64,000 bases of DNA from a virus: IMG/VR virus record IMGVR_UViG_3300035670_010555, positions 64,001-128,000 of that record; one strand, 5' to 3'. The translations under genes were made by a program, and so were the position numbers. The notes beneath the pieces are model-generated. The model saw nothing but the letters and a program-made list of their open reading frames with translations, was not told the origin of the DNA and searched no databases. Every line of letters starts with the position of its first letter. Position 1 is the first letter of the stretch. Below are positions 29,749-39,452 of this stretch, one piece after another.

Positions 29749-30555
29749 ATGAATAATACACTATCACTATCAGTAATACTACCTATAAAATCATCTAAAG
29801 CAAAAGATTTTGATGAGTATTTTGAAAAAGCAATTTTATCTCTTAAAAATCAACAAGTAGGATTTGAAGAATTAGTAATTGTGCACTCACAAGAACAATC
29901 TCTAATTGACTTCTTGAATTCATATGATTTTGGAGATTTAAATGTCACAAAATTGTTGTGGGACCAAGAACCTAATTATGCAAATCAGGTAAATTTCGGT
30001 ATCAAGAACTCTAAAGGAACTTGGATATCTCTCTTCGAATTTGACGATGAGTATTCATCTATATGGTTCAAAAATGTTAAAAAGTATGTAGAATCATTTC
30101 CTGACGTTCAAATGTTTTTACCTGTTGTGGTGGAAACAGATGAAAAGGGTTTATTTGCAGGTTTCACAAACGAAGCAACATTTGCAGCTAATTTCTCACA
30201 AGAAATGGGTATATTAACAAATGATACTTTACAAGAATATCAAAACTTTCAAACCGCAGGTTCCGTAATCAAAAAATCAGTTATCGAAGATTTTGGTGGT
30301 TTCAAACCATCAATCAAACTAACTTTTATATATGAATTTTTATTGAGATTGACCTATAACTCCGTTACAGTCATGACAATTCCAAGACTAGGTTATAAAC
30401 ATGTAAATCTTCGTGAAGGTTCTATTTTTTGGAATTACAAATTTGGAGATAGTAAAATGGTTGAAGATGAGGTGAAGTTTTGGATTCAAGCGGCTAAAAG
30501 AGAGTATTTTTTCACGGACGACAGATCCATAAAATATCAATCTGAAAATGCTTAA
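29749..30555 (+). CDS. GT2-like glycosyltransferase
   Basis: SVILP, NFGI, EFDD, GGF. Confidence 0.7.
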   Translation: MNNTLSLSVILPIKSSKAKDFDEYFEKAILSLKNQQVGFEELVIVHSQEQSLIDFLNSYDFGDLNVTKLLWDQEPNYANQVNFGIKNSKGTWISLFEFDDEYSSIWFKNVKKYVESFPDVQMFLPVVVETDEKGLFAGFTNEATFAANFSQEMGILTNDTLQEYQNFQTAGSVIKKSVIEDFGGFKPSIKLTFIYEFLLRLTYNSVTVMTIPRLGYKHVNLREGSIFWNYKFGDSKMVEDEVKFWIQAAKREYFFTDDRSIKYQSENA

Positions 30556-31301
30556 TGCAAACTTCAATCTCTGCTACAACAGAGGATATTTTATCAAAAA
30601 AAAGAGGTAGAAAGGCTGTTAAAGAAAATTATTTTGATGTAAGAGAAGAGGAGGCGGTTAGAAAATTTCTGATTGCCGAATCGTCCTACGAAAAAAATAA
30701 AATCTATAATCAGTTTTTAAGGCATCCTTTAGATAAAATGATTTCCTCAATTATTCGACGATATAAATTATATCGTAAAGATATGGATTTTGAGGAAATT
30801 CATACAGATACACATTCCTTCCTTATGACGAAAGTCGATAAGTTTAAGCCCGATAAAAATAAAAAGGCGTATTCTTATTTTGGAACTATATGTAAAAATT
30901 ACTTAATGGGCCAAATCATAAAAGACCAAAAAGAAACTAATCGAAAAATATCATACGAGGATATTTCATCAAGTTTAGAGGAAAGACCTGATTTGACTTA
31001 TAGAATTGACGATGATGTAGTTGAAACCGATTATGTGATTAATCAATATTTAGATGAGTTAAAAAATTACATTGAGTTAGAACAACTAAATGACAATGAA
31101 AAAAAATTAGGTTATGCACTAATTGATTTGTTTGATAATTACGAAACAATTTTTTCAGGGGCGGACAATAATAAATTCAATAAGAATGTAATATTATTAT
31201 CACTGAGAGAGATGACTAATTTAAGTACTAAAGAAATACGTAGTTCAATCAAAAGATTCAAAAAATTATATATCGTAATTCAATCAAGAATCAAAAACTA
31301 A
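30555..31301 (+). CDS. gp55: T4 gp55-like late-transcription sigma factor
   Basis: NYF, KFKPDKNKKAYSYFGTICKNYL resembles the gp55/sigma region 2 F.P.K...F.YF..I..N motif. Confidence 0.7.
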   Translation: MQTSISATTEDILSKKRGRKAVKENYFDVREEEAVRKFLIAESSYEKNKIYNQFLRHPLDKMISSIIRRYKLYRKDMDFEEIHTDTHSFLMTKVDKFKPDKNKKAYSYFGTICKNYLMGQIIKDQKETNRKISYEDISSSLEERPDLTYRIDDDVVETDYVINQYLDELKNYIELEQLNDNEKKLGYALIDLFDNYETIFSGADNNKFNKNVILLSLREMTNLSTKEIRSSIKRFKKLYIVIQSRIKN

Positions 31302-31309
31302 TAAAAAAG

Positions 31310-31317
31310 TATTTATA
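31310..31317 (+). promoter_or_regulatory. Putative late promoter TATTTATA
   Basis: Immediately upstream of gene 31321. Confidence 0.55.
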
Positions 31318-31320
31318 GAT

Positions 31321-31689
31321 ATGCCGAGACCTCAAAGAAAAGAAATCAATTTTACCAAAGATTCTATATTATCACTCATGCAAGAAATCTATAATGAACT
31401 TGTAGAACAAAGACAAACTGCGATTAGGATACAGAATAAGATGTTAGCAATGTTAAAGGATCCATCTGATATGACTACTATTGGTCCTGTGATTGAAAAA
31501 CAACAAAAAATCGTAAATGATTGTGTTGAAAAAAAACTTAATTTATCGAAATTACAATCAAGTATTTGGGAAAAATCTAATAACAACAAGGAGGAATCAT
31601 TTTCTCTCGCAGATTTGGACGATGATTTAATACAGAATCTCATTGAAAAAGATGTTTCCAAAGATGAGGAATCATATAAAATGAGATAA
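31321..31689 (+). CDS. Hypothetical coiled-coil protein
   Basis: ORF heading a putative late operon. Confidence 0.6.
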   Translation: MPRPQRKEINFTKDSILSLMQEIYNELVEQRQTAIRIQNKMLAMLKDPSDMTTIGPVIEKQQKIVNDCVEKKLNLSKLQSSIWEKSNNNKEESFSLADLDDDLIQNLIEKDVSKDEESYKMR

Positions 31690-31692
31690 AAT

Positions 31693-33771
31693 ATGCCATT
31701 AGATATAAATTCAGCTCAGCAAACAATTCAAAGTAAAATTGATGCATACAAAACTTACAGGGAGGTTTCACAATCCGAAAAGAGTTTATTGGGTAAAGCG
31801 GGAAATTCAGCATCAGAAGCAACATCGCAAATATCCAGTGCATTAGATAAGGTAAGTGAATTTCAAAAAAGATTTCAAAGAGATCCTCCGAATTCGATGG
31901 ATCAGTTGTTGGGATTCTTGGGGCAAACTCAAGGGAACGGTAGTTCTACTCTAAGATATTTAAGAAGTAAAATATTACAGGCTGCGGCACAAATTGAGCC
32001 AAAAATGGAGGATATCCTCAAAAGGGAAACGATAAATGCCCTTGGGTGTTCTGTCGAACAAACATACAATGGTGTGAGCGCGGAAAGTTTATCGTTTCAA
32101 CCATTACCTCTAAGACCTCAACAAGAAGGTATATACATACCTGTAAGTTCATTAGATTTTTTTTCGAATCTCAAACAATCTCCCGAAACTAATTTTGGTA
32201 GAGTTTATTACGAGAAAGAAGAACCATCTGCAGATTCAACATTTCGTCCTTATGGTGGGCCGATACCATTTCCAATGAATCGGCAATTGTTTGGATTAAT
32301 GACTTCTGACAACAAAGATAGGTCGTATAGTCAAATTAATGGTAAGAATTATTTAGGAAAATCAGGACAAAATCTATTCGACATACAATACACTCAAATG
32401 AATAGTTTTGGTGTAACGGGGGATTACTATCGAGTTTTTTTAATTGACCGTGAGGATAATCAAGGAAACATTACAAACAACGTTGGAGAATTTATTTCTG
32501 ATTATTATAGTACTATAAAAATAGTTGATTCTGTAGATATTGGCGCCCAAATTGTAAATTTAATTTCTGGTGCCATGAACATCGACGCACAAGTTGGGTT
32601 TGGTGAATTAAACAATCAAAGTAGATTTAGTTTAATTGCTTCTAGAATCCTTGGATTATGTTTTGATGAAAGAAGAGAAATCGATGTCAGCGGTGTCTCT
32701 AAAGTTGGTGAATTAGATGGTGTTGACGAATCTTTTTTCGAACTTAACGAGATTGATTTACGAAATATTGAAATTGAAATTTCGAATGTTCAAAATGGCA
32801 TCATAGAATTTGAAGATTGTGATAATATTCAATTACCTGTTAATTCTGAAACATTAGTGTCACAATTAATTGAGTTCCGAAATAATTTAAGTGGAGAAAC
32901 TGTTGAAGAACAAGCGGAAAATATTGGGGAAATTATCGATGCAATATCAGAGAATCCTGCATGGTCTTTAACCGCTCCTTCGAATTTGAACGTAAAACTT
33001 TCTATTGATAAAAGTGTAATTAAAAAAATACCATTGGCAGTTGCTGCGGCCGTATTGACACCAAAAAATCTATTACCACTTTATACTTTATTATCTATAG
33101 TTCAATCAGGATCAACATACACCTATAATCAGGCAGTAACTGAAATTAATGAGACCGGTGAATCGATTAATTCTCAAGGAAACGCTGGATCGAGTATTGG
33201 GTCACAAGGGAGTAATATTGTAACTAGTGGTGAAGACTTCTTAAAAAAATATAAAACGTTTGCAATTCAGGTTATTTCTCAAATTAATGCGGAGTTCCTT
33301 CAAGTTCTTTACGAAATATTAAAAAAAGATATTGTTAATTTAGTTTCTATTATAATTTCTGATGTTCAAAGATCGGCAATATTGAAACAATATGCAATAA
33401 TAATTAGATTAGCTCAAATTGCTTTGGTTGTGTCTCAATTAATAAACGATTATCGAAAATGTAAAAGTCTTTTAGATAACATCTTACTTTTACTAAATCT
33501 AATTGGTCAAACAGTTCCAATACAAATACCACTACCATTATTATCTTTGGCGGCATTATTACCAGGAACTTCACCTGAAAGAGCGTCAATTAATGTTATC
33601 GAAGGTCTACAAAAAGTAGGAATACCAACAGGAACTTTACCCGATGGTTCACCAAACTTAATGGCACTATATGATTTAATCAGTAAAAAAGGAAGTGATA
33701 AAGAAGAAGCGGAAAACGGAAAAATTTTAGTCGCAACCGCAACAGGCCCTGGATACGGAAAAAAATTATAA
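31693..33771 (+). CDS. Putative virion structural protein (baseplate region)
   Basis: 692 aa ORF in late operon next to the spike-like gene; no motif recognised. Confidence 0.5.
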   Translation: MPLDINSAQQTIQSKIDAYKTYREVSQSEKSLLGKAGNSASEATSQISSALDKVSEFQKRFQRDPPNSMDQLLGFLGQTQGNGSSTLRYLRSKILQAAAQIEPKMEDILKRETINALGCSVEQTYNGVSAESLSFQPLPLRPQQEGIYIPVSSLDFFSNLKQSPETNFGRVYYEKEEPSADSTFRPYGGPIPFPMNRQLFGLMTSDNKDRSYSQINGKNYLGKSGQNLFDIQYTQMNSFGVTGDYYRVFLIDREDNQGNITNNVGEFISDYYSTIKIVDSVDIGAQIVNLISGAMNIDAQVGFGELNNQSRFSLIASRILGLCFDERREIDVSGVSKVGELDGVDESFFELNEIDLRNIEIEISNVQNGIIEFEDCDNIQLPVNSETLVSQLIEFRNNLSGETVEEQAENIGEIIDAISENPAWSLTAPSNLNVKLSIDKSVIKKIPLAVAAAVLTPKNLLPLYTLLSIVQSGSTYTYNQAVTEINETGESINSQGNAGSSIGSQGSNIVTSGEDFLKKYKTFAIQVISQINAEFLQVLYEILKKDIVNLVSIIISDVQRSAILKQYAIIIRLAQIALVVSQLINDYRKCKSLLDNILLLLNLIGQTVPIQIPLPLLSLAALLPGTSPERASINVIEGLQKVGIPTGTLPDGSPNLMALYDLISKKGSDKEEAENGKILVATATGPGYGKKL

Positions 33772-33773
33772 CT

Positions 33774-33986
33774 ATGAAAGACGAAAAATTTAAGGAAATA
33801 TTAGATAGTCAATTATTACTCAAAGACTTACCAAATACAAAGTTGGTGGAATATATGGATTTATTATCATCGGATTTCGAATCAACAAAAGAATCTATAA
33901 TAAAAAGTACTTTATACTTAGATAAAGTTGAAGAATTATACGACAGAGTATTAAAGGTTTATCAAGAAAGAAATAATGGAAAATAA
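33774..33986 (+). CDS. Hypothetical protein
   Basis: Coupled ORF. Confidence 0.55.
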   Translation: MKDEKFKEILDSQLLLKDLPNTKLVEYMDLLSSDFESTKESIIKSTLYLDKVEELYDRVLKVYQERNNGK

Positions 33987-35511
33987 CTCAATATTTTTTC
34001 AGTGTAGGGTATTGAATACTGAAGACCCAATGATGTTGGGTAGAATCCGAGGTGTTAGACTTATCGACAATTATGACGATATCTTGAAAAGTATCAGTGA
34101 TCCTCCATGGAATGAGGAAAAAGATATATGGACATCAAGAGACCCATTTGTATTCAACGCGCTACTTCCCTATTTTGTATACTCTGTACCTAAAGTAGAC
34201 GAATTAGTACAGGTTATTTACGTAAACAAAGATTTCCAATATCAAAATCAGTACTACGTTCAGAATACCTTCTCGACCCCAACAGCAACATTCAAAGAAT
34301 TTTATTTTGGTGGAAATAAATTTACTGGCACGGGTATGCAAATCAAAAACCCAAAACCACTTAAAAATCAAGATGGTACTTTTACCGACCAATCTATACA
34401 TAAAGGAGTTTTTCCACAACCAGGGGATAATGCTCTCTTAGGTAGAGGAAGTGCGGATGTAATCATCAAACAAGATGAAGTTTTAATCAGAGCGGGTAAA
34501 TTCAAAGGGGAACAATTACAACCTAACGTAATACCTGTTGCAAACCAACAAAGAGGGTTTTTACAACTTTCTAAATTTCAAAGTACATTACAGAATTTAG
34601 AACCAAAAACGTATTTTGAATTACAAGAAAATGTTTTACTTACAAAATACTTAATCGAATGGACTTTAACCAACCCTGAAAATGCTCAAGATAGATTTAC
34701 AGGGGCGGTATATTTGTACCAACTAAAACCTGACGTTTCGATAAATTCCAAAAATATAACTGTTGATAGTGAAATTTCGGAAAACCTAAAAAAGTTAGTG
34801 GCAACCGAATCGTTTGTAATGTTGTCTAAAACACAAACTATTAAATTTATAAATGATTTTATAAATACATGTAATGAAACAAATGTGACTAAAAGTGGTA
34901 TTCAATTGTTTAGTGATAACAACGCTTCAAACAAATTTCCGATTTACTATCGGCCTAATTCATTAATGTATTCAAAATTAAATCCCTCCACTCCTTTGGG
35001 GTCATCGGCCACACCAATAGAAGTTAGTAACATCAGTGACATTTATAAGGGGATAAAATTAAATCCATCACTAAAAGGTGGATATGGATTAATTTATGCA
35101 AAAGGGAAGGTCGGAAATCCAAGAACACCAGTAAAAAAAGTAGTTAAACAACAAAAATACATCAATCAGGAATCTTCTTATGGGGCTTTAGGTAGTGATG
35201 TGCTATTTTTAGTTTCACACAATTCACAAGTACCTGGAAAAGGGAAAATCAATTTTGATGATACTTTATATGGGATTACTCCTGAGAAATTTGCTAATGA
35301 ATTTCTTCCAAAAACTTCAAGTATGGTTAGAGGTGAGGAACTTTTGGAATTGATTAACTTGATTGTAAAATTCTTGGTAACTCATACTCACGCATACCCA
35401 GGTCTACCACCAGTACCGGTAACTCAAGACGGTACAAACGTCCAATCTATCCTGACCGAACTCAATAATGCGGTTAACAAAATTCTAAGTAAAAATATTC
35501 GACTTAATTGA
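33976..35511 (+). CDS. Putative baseplate hub/central spike (gp5/gpV-like)
   Basis: N-terminal OB-fold-like V..TEDP..LGRIR...VPKVDE.V.V; C-terminal VRGE.L...HTH. Confidence 0.6.
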   Translation: MENNSIFFQCRVLNTEDPMMLGRIRGVRLIDNYDDILKSISDPPWNEEKDIWTSRDPFVFNALLPYFVYSVPKVDELVQVIYVNKDFQYQNQYYVQNTFSTPTATFKEFYFGGNKFTGTGMQIKNPKPLKNQDGTFTDQSIHKGVFPQPGDNALLGRGSADVIIKQDEVLIRAGKFKGEQLQPNVIPVANQQRGFLQLSKFQSTLQNLEPKTYFELQENVLLTKYLIEWTLTNPENAQDRFTGAVYLYQLKPDVSINSKNITVDSEISENLKKLVATESFVMLSKTQTIKFINDFINTCNETNVTKSGIQLFSDNNASNKFPIYYRPNSLMYSKLNPSTPLGSSATPIEVSNISDIYKGIKLNPSLKGGYGLIYAKGKVGNPRTPVKKVVKQQKYINQESSYGALGSDVLFLVSHNSQVPGKGKINFDDTLYGITPEKFANEFLPKTSSMVRGEELLELINLIVKFLVTHTHAYPGLPPVPVTQDGTNVQSILTELNNAVNKILSKNIRLN

Positions 35512-35519
35512 TATTTATA
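35512..35519 (+). promoter_or_regulatory. Putative late promoter TATTTATA
   Basis: Upstream of gene 35533. Confidence 0.55.
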
Positions 35520-35532
35520 AGATAAAAGATAA

Positions 35533-37035
35533 ATGTCGATCTTAAGGTCTTATATAAATAAAAACAATACCATCATTTCAAACTCATATGTTAATACGGG
35601 AAGAAACCCTGTAATTGAGTTGAATTTTGGTGCTTCGGATTTAATTGTCCCAAACTTTGGTTTCACAAGATTTATCTTCGATTTAGATTTATCTTTATTA
35701 GAAGAAAACATAAGTTCAGGTGTCATATCTACAGGATGTACTTCCGCAATGACACACACTCTTAAAATGACTAACACATCTTCATTTGATAATGAATTAT
35801 TAAATTCATTTATGTCAAATGAAAGACGAAGAGCAACTTCATTTGACCTAATATTATGGAGAATTCCTAATTTTTCAGGAACCACAGGCGAACCTCAATA
35901 TTGGGATGAAGGCGTTGGTTATGACTACAATGACTTCAACATTGCACAAAATAGTGCAAATGGTGGAATTTCCCCTTTAACGTACGTTGACAGTCGAGCA
36001 TATTCCACACGACCATCTAACTGGTATCAGACGACAACTCTCTCTGGATGGTCTCAAAATGGTATCTACAACAATAAGAATGAGGGGTCTGTAAACTATT
36101 CAGGTTTGACCATCGTGGCAAGACAACATTTCGAACTCGGAAACGAGGATTTGAACATGGATATGACCGCTGAGATTAATGGTATATTGAATGGTTCTAT
36201 AACTGGTGTTACAGGTTGGGGTATTTCATATCTTCCTCAAATCGAAAATATCACAGGTCTTACGGAAAGTTACAGTGTAGCATTTTTCTCAAGACATACT
36301 CAAACCTTCTACCAACCTTATCTTTTAACAAATTACAATGATTTTGTAGAGGACGATAGAAATCTATTCCTCAAGAACCAAGAAAATAAGTTATTCTTGT
36401 ACGTTTATGAGAATGGAGACTTTGCAAATCTTGATTCTGGCCCATTCGTTAGAATCGAAGATAGAAATGGTACCGCAGTAACAGGTATGGGGGCATTAAC
36501 CACCTGTCTTAAAACTAAAGGGATATACGAAGTTACAGTACCTAATGGGTTTGCCAACTATCCAACACCATGTATTTTTTATGATGTATGGTCTGGTCTT
36601 ACAATTAACGGTCAATCCGTTCCAAATGTGACAAATCAATTCACATTACAACCATATACATCAGGTATTCAAATCGGGTCTGTTTCTAAAGACCCTGAAA
36701 TATACGGATTTGATTTCTATGGTATTCTACAAAATGAAAAAATTCTTAGTACAGATATTCGTAAAGTTGGTGTTACAATAAAGAAGGCCTACACAGGTCA
36801 ACAACTTCTATTAGACGTTTCAGGATTCTACAGAGTTTATGTAATGGAGGGAACCACAGAAGTCCAAGTACAAGATTGGACTCCGTTGAATCGTACTCCA
36901 AATGAATACTATTTCATATTTGATATGAGAGACAAGATACCGAATCAATATTTTGTTGATATTCAAGTGAATACTTCGGGAGAAAAAGATACTTATAAAA
37001 GACAATTAACATTTTCAATCGTAAATACAAAATGA
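35533..37035 (+). CDS. Putative virion structural protein
   Basis: Beta-rich 500 aa ORF (NTG.NP..EL, WDEG.G, FFSRHT.T...PYL). Confidence 0.55.
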   Translation: MSILRSYINKNNTIISNSYVNTGRNPVIELNFGASDLIVPNFGFTRFIFDLDLSLLEENISSGVISTGCTSAMTHTLKMTNTSSFDNELLNSFMSNERRRATSFDLILWRIPNFSGTTGEPQYWDEGVGYDYNDFNIAQNSANGGISPLTYVDSRAYSTRPSNWYQTTTLSGWSQNGIYNNKNEGSVNYSGLTIVARQHFELGNEDLNMDMTAEINGILNGSITGVTGWGISYLPQIENITGLTESYSVAFFSRHTQTFYQPYLLTNYNDFVEDDRNLFLKNQENKLFLYVYENGDFANLDSGPFVRIEDRNGTAVTGMGALTTCLKTKGIYEVTVPNGFANYPTPCIFYDVWSGLTINGQSVPNVTNQFTLQPYTSGIQIGSVSKDPEIYGFDFYGILQNEKILSTDIRKVGVTIKKAYTGQQLLLDVSGFYRVYVMEGTTEVQVQDWTPLNRTPNEYYFIFDMRDKIPNQYFVDIQVNTSGEKDTYKRQLTFSIVNTK

Positions 37036-37502
37036 GTAAAGTAGTTAAGCTAACAGAAACCGATTTGACCCATTTGGTCAACAGAGTATTAAAAGAACAA
37101 GATGAAGAACAGGCAAATTACATGTTTTTTAGCAATTTGAAACAGATTGCTAGACAATGTAAAATGTTACTCGAAATGGACCCTGAAATGATTGACCAAA
37201 TTTTACTTGATGGTCATGATTGGGCTGATGACCACGTCACAGAAGCTAAAGTAAACATGGACCAAGTTTTTGATTTCATTATGAATGAAAAAAGAAAAAT
37301 GGATCAATACGTAGACTATGAAGAAATGAATGAGGGTAGAAAGAAAACAGGTACTAAACTTTGTGCGAGAGGTAAATCGGCAGCAAAGTCAAAATTTAAG
37401 GTCTATCCTTCAGCATATGCCAACGGTTACGCGGTTCAAGTGTGTAAAGGAAAAATGCCAGGTTTAGATGGGAAGAAACATTGCTCGGGGGCATATTGTT
37501 AA
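37032..37502 (+). CDS. Hypothetical protein with basic Cys-containing C-domain (KFKVYPSAYANG)
   Basis: N-terminal KLTETDLTHLVNRVLKE helix; C-terminal motif seen in phage hypothetical proteins. Confidence 0.65.
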   Translation: MSKVVKLTETDLTHLVNRVLKEQDEEQANYMFFSNLKQIARQCKMLLEMDPEMIDQILLDGHDWADDHVTEAKVNMDQVFDFIMNEKRKMDQYVDYEEMNEGRKKTGTKLCARGKSAAKSKFKVYPSAYANGYAVQVCKGKMPGLDGKKHCSGAYC

Positions 37503-37511
37503 AAAATAAAT

Positions 37512-37538
37512 AGGGAATCTTAAGGTTCCCTTTTTTTT
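37512..37538 (+). terminator. Intrinsic terminator
   Basis: AGGGAATC-ttaa-GGTTCCCT followed by a T run. Confidence 0.8.
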
Positions 37539-37553
37539 ACTTAACAATTTTCA

Positions 37554-37561
37554 TATCTTTG
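37554..37561 (+). promoter_or_regulatory. Bacteroidota-type -7 promoter element TAnnTTTG
   Basis: TATCTTTG between terminator and ATG 37589. Confidence 0.5.
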
Positions 37562-37588
37562 AATAGTTATTATATCTCACAAAAAGAC

Positions 37589-37984
37589 ATGAAAAGATTT
37601 TTCAGAAAATTATGGTTAAGATTTTTTATAAGAATGAATCGAACAATTCAACCGAAAGTCAATTTTGATGATAATGAGAAAACCGGATCATCAATTTGTC
37701 GAAAATTAATAAATCATGAGAATTCTAAATTTTTGATTGCACCTCTATCTCAAAAAAGATATATAAAGAATGAAACTTTAGAAATGTTTGTGATAATTCA
37801 AGAAGATAGAATAAACATCACCAATCACATTTACAATTATGATATTACAATTTCATTACAAATGGGAGAAAAACTTGGAAGGTTGTTCGATAATAAAGTG
37901 GAAGAGGCAAGAATGAAATTCGAAAAGGAAATACATAGCCAAGTACAACACTCACTGAAAAAAATCTTAGAAAAACTTATTTAA
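37589..37984 (+). CDS. Hypothetical protein
   Basis: ATG at 37589 preferred to TTG 37559, which overlaps the promoter element. Confidence 0.6.
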   Translation: MKRFFRKLWLRFFIRMNRTIQPKVNFDDNEKTGSSICRKLINHENSKFLIAPLSQKRYIKNETLEMFVIIQEDRINITNHIYNYDITISLQMGEKLGRLFDNKVEEARMKFEKEIHSQVQHSLKKILEKLI

Positions 37985-38672
37985 TACTTTCTTTCAAAAT
38001 TTTAGTAATTAAATCCCTTAATGTTTCATTTTGGGATTTTTTTGGTTTATAACTTGTCATAGTTGGAGAATTTCCTGTACCTGCCTTTGGGTTCGCCTTT
38101 TCGGCTTTTCTTTTTTGTGAACATGCTGCTTTTTTCTGAGCATCTGTCATTTTGGAAGCAACACCCGCAGCTCTACATTTTGGATATCCTTTACTATCCG
38201 CTTCAGGTCTGCCACATGGAGGATGTCCTCCTCCTTCCTTTTTTCTACAAATGTTAACCCACGGACCTTTAGGTTGCTTGGACCCTTTTGGTTTTTTCTT
38301 TGTACCGAACCATACTGCTAAGTCTTCTTTTACCAACTTTTCTTTCAACGGTTCTCCACTCATAGTTGGATTTATTGCCGACCCATCCTCATCATTTTGA
38401 CCTTTATAAGTTTTTTTCTTTTGCATGTTAATTTTACTCATTAATTTGGTCCTTTTTTCAATTTTTTCCCTTTCTTCGGGTGATTCAGTAAAATCTCCAT
38501 CCGCCTCTTGATAGGCAAGTTGTGCATTAGTATATTTGTATACTGGATCTGTGAAAGGACCAACTTGGTTATCTTTCCAAATTTGTGGTCCGAGTACAAC
38601 TGGTCCTGAATAAGCACCGGTCAAACCTGCACCACTTACCTCTTTTATTATTTTTCTTATAATATCTTTCAC
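37977..38672 (-). CDS. Hypothetical basic Cys-containing protein
   Basis: EDLAVWFG...WVNIC...CGR...YPKCR; N- and C-terminal IIRKIIKE / LITKILKE helices. Confidence 0.65.
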   Translation of the reverse strand: MKDIIRKIIKEVSGAGLTGAYSGPVVLGPQIWKDNQVGPFTDPVYKYTNAQLAYQEADGDFTESPEEREKIEKRTKLMSKINMQKKKTYKGQNDEDGSAINPTMSGEPLKEKLVKEDLAVWFGTKKKPKGSKQPKGPWVNICRKKEGGGHPPCGRPEADSKGYPKCRAAGVASKMTDAQKKAACSQKRKAEKANPKAGTGNSPTMTSYKPKKSQNETLRDLITKILKESIK

Positions 38673-38701
38673 ATTAATAAATATACAATTAACTCGAAAT
38701 T

Positions 38702-38926
38702 ATGGAACAAAAACAACCTTTGGGTCTACTATTTGGAAGTGTTGGGTACTACAGCCCTAACGATATAAACTCTATCTGCGACGACATGAATTTAGAACAA
38801 GCCTATTTCATGATTATCAAGGCATTAGAATATTCTCACAATTCTAGTTTGTTTACACTACAGGAGTCAGAAATAGTTTCTAAATCACTTCGAATAATGA
38901 ATATTCATTTTACTGAAGAAAAATAA
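38702..38926 (+). CDS. Hypothetical protein
   Basis: Short ORF coupled to 38926. Confidence 0.55.
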   Translation: MEQKQPLGLLFGSVGYYSPNDINSICDDMNLEQAYFMIIKALEYSHNSSLFTLQESEIVSKSLRIMNIHFTEEK

Positions 38927-39447
38927 TGAAAAAAATAATTTTCATTTTGTTTTTATTTTTATTGACGGGTTTCAAAAACCCAAATAATAATGATGGACCC
39001 ATCATTATTCATTTCGAACAAATCCTGAATGAATATAGGATTTCAAATGGATTAAATCCGGTCAAAATTGACCCCTCCATGAAAGAATTTACTGATTTAC
39101 GCAGTAAAAATTTATTAACGTATTTTAGTCACAATGGTTTCACTGAAAACATACATTCGTATATTTCTGGTTTTACATATGGAGGGGAAAATATTGCGAA
39201 AATATTTATTCCAGAAAAAAATGATTCGAAAAATTGGTTCTCAAACATGAAAGAAATCCAAGAAATTTTTAACAAGATGTTCTCAGGGACCACAACAAAT
39301 TACGACATTGCAAAATATTGTTTTTTGGTGTGGAAACGTTCTGAATCACACAATGAACAACTTCTCGATGAAAAAGTAAAAAGATTTTACCTTTCTTATC
39401 AAAAAACTGAAAATCATTATTATTTCTGTTTTATTGCGTTGAACTAA
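38926..39447 (+). CDS. Secreted CAP (SCP/PR-1) domain protein
   Basis: Signal peptide MKKIIFILFLFLLTG; NEYR...GL, FSH, GENIA, W..S.SH...LL. Confidence 0.75.
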   Translation: MKKIIFILFLFLLTGFKNPNNNDGPIIIHFEQILNEYRISNGLNPVKIDPSMKEFTDLRSKNLLTYFSHNGFTENIHSYISGFTYGGENIAKIFIPEKNDSKNWFSNMKEIQEIFNKMFSGTTTNYDIAKYCFLVWKRSESHNEQLLDEKVKRFYLSYQKTENHYYFCFIALN

Positions 39448-39452
39448 TATAG

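Noticed and set aside
9778-30555. Bacterial O-antigen/capsule locus (host DNA)
   Set aside because: Interleaved with dut, exonuclease, phoH and coupled to a gp55-like sigma; lacks flippase, polymerase and export genes
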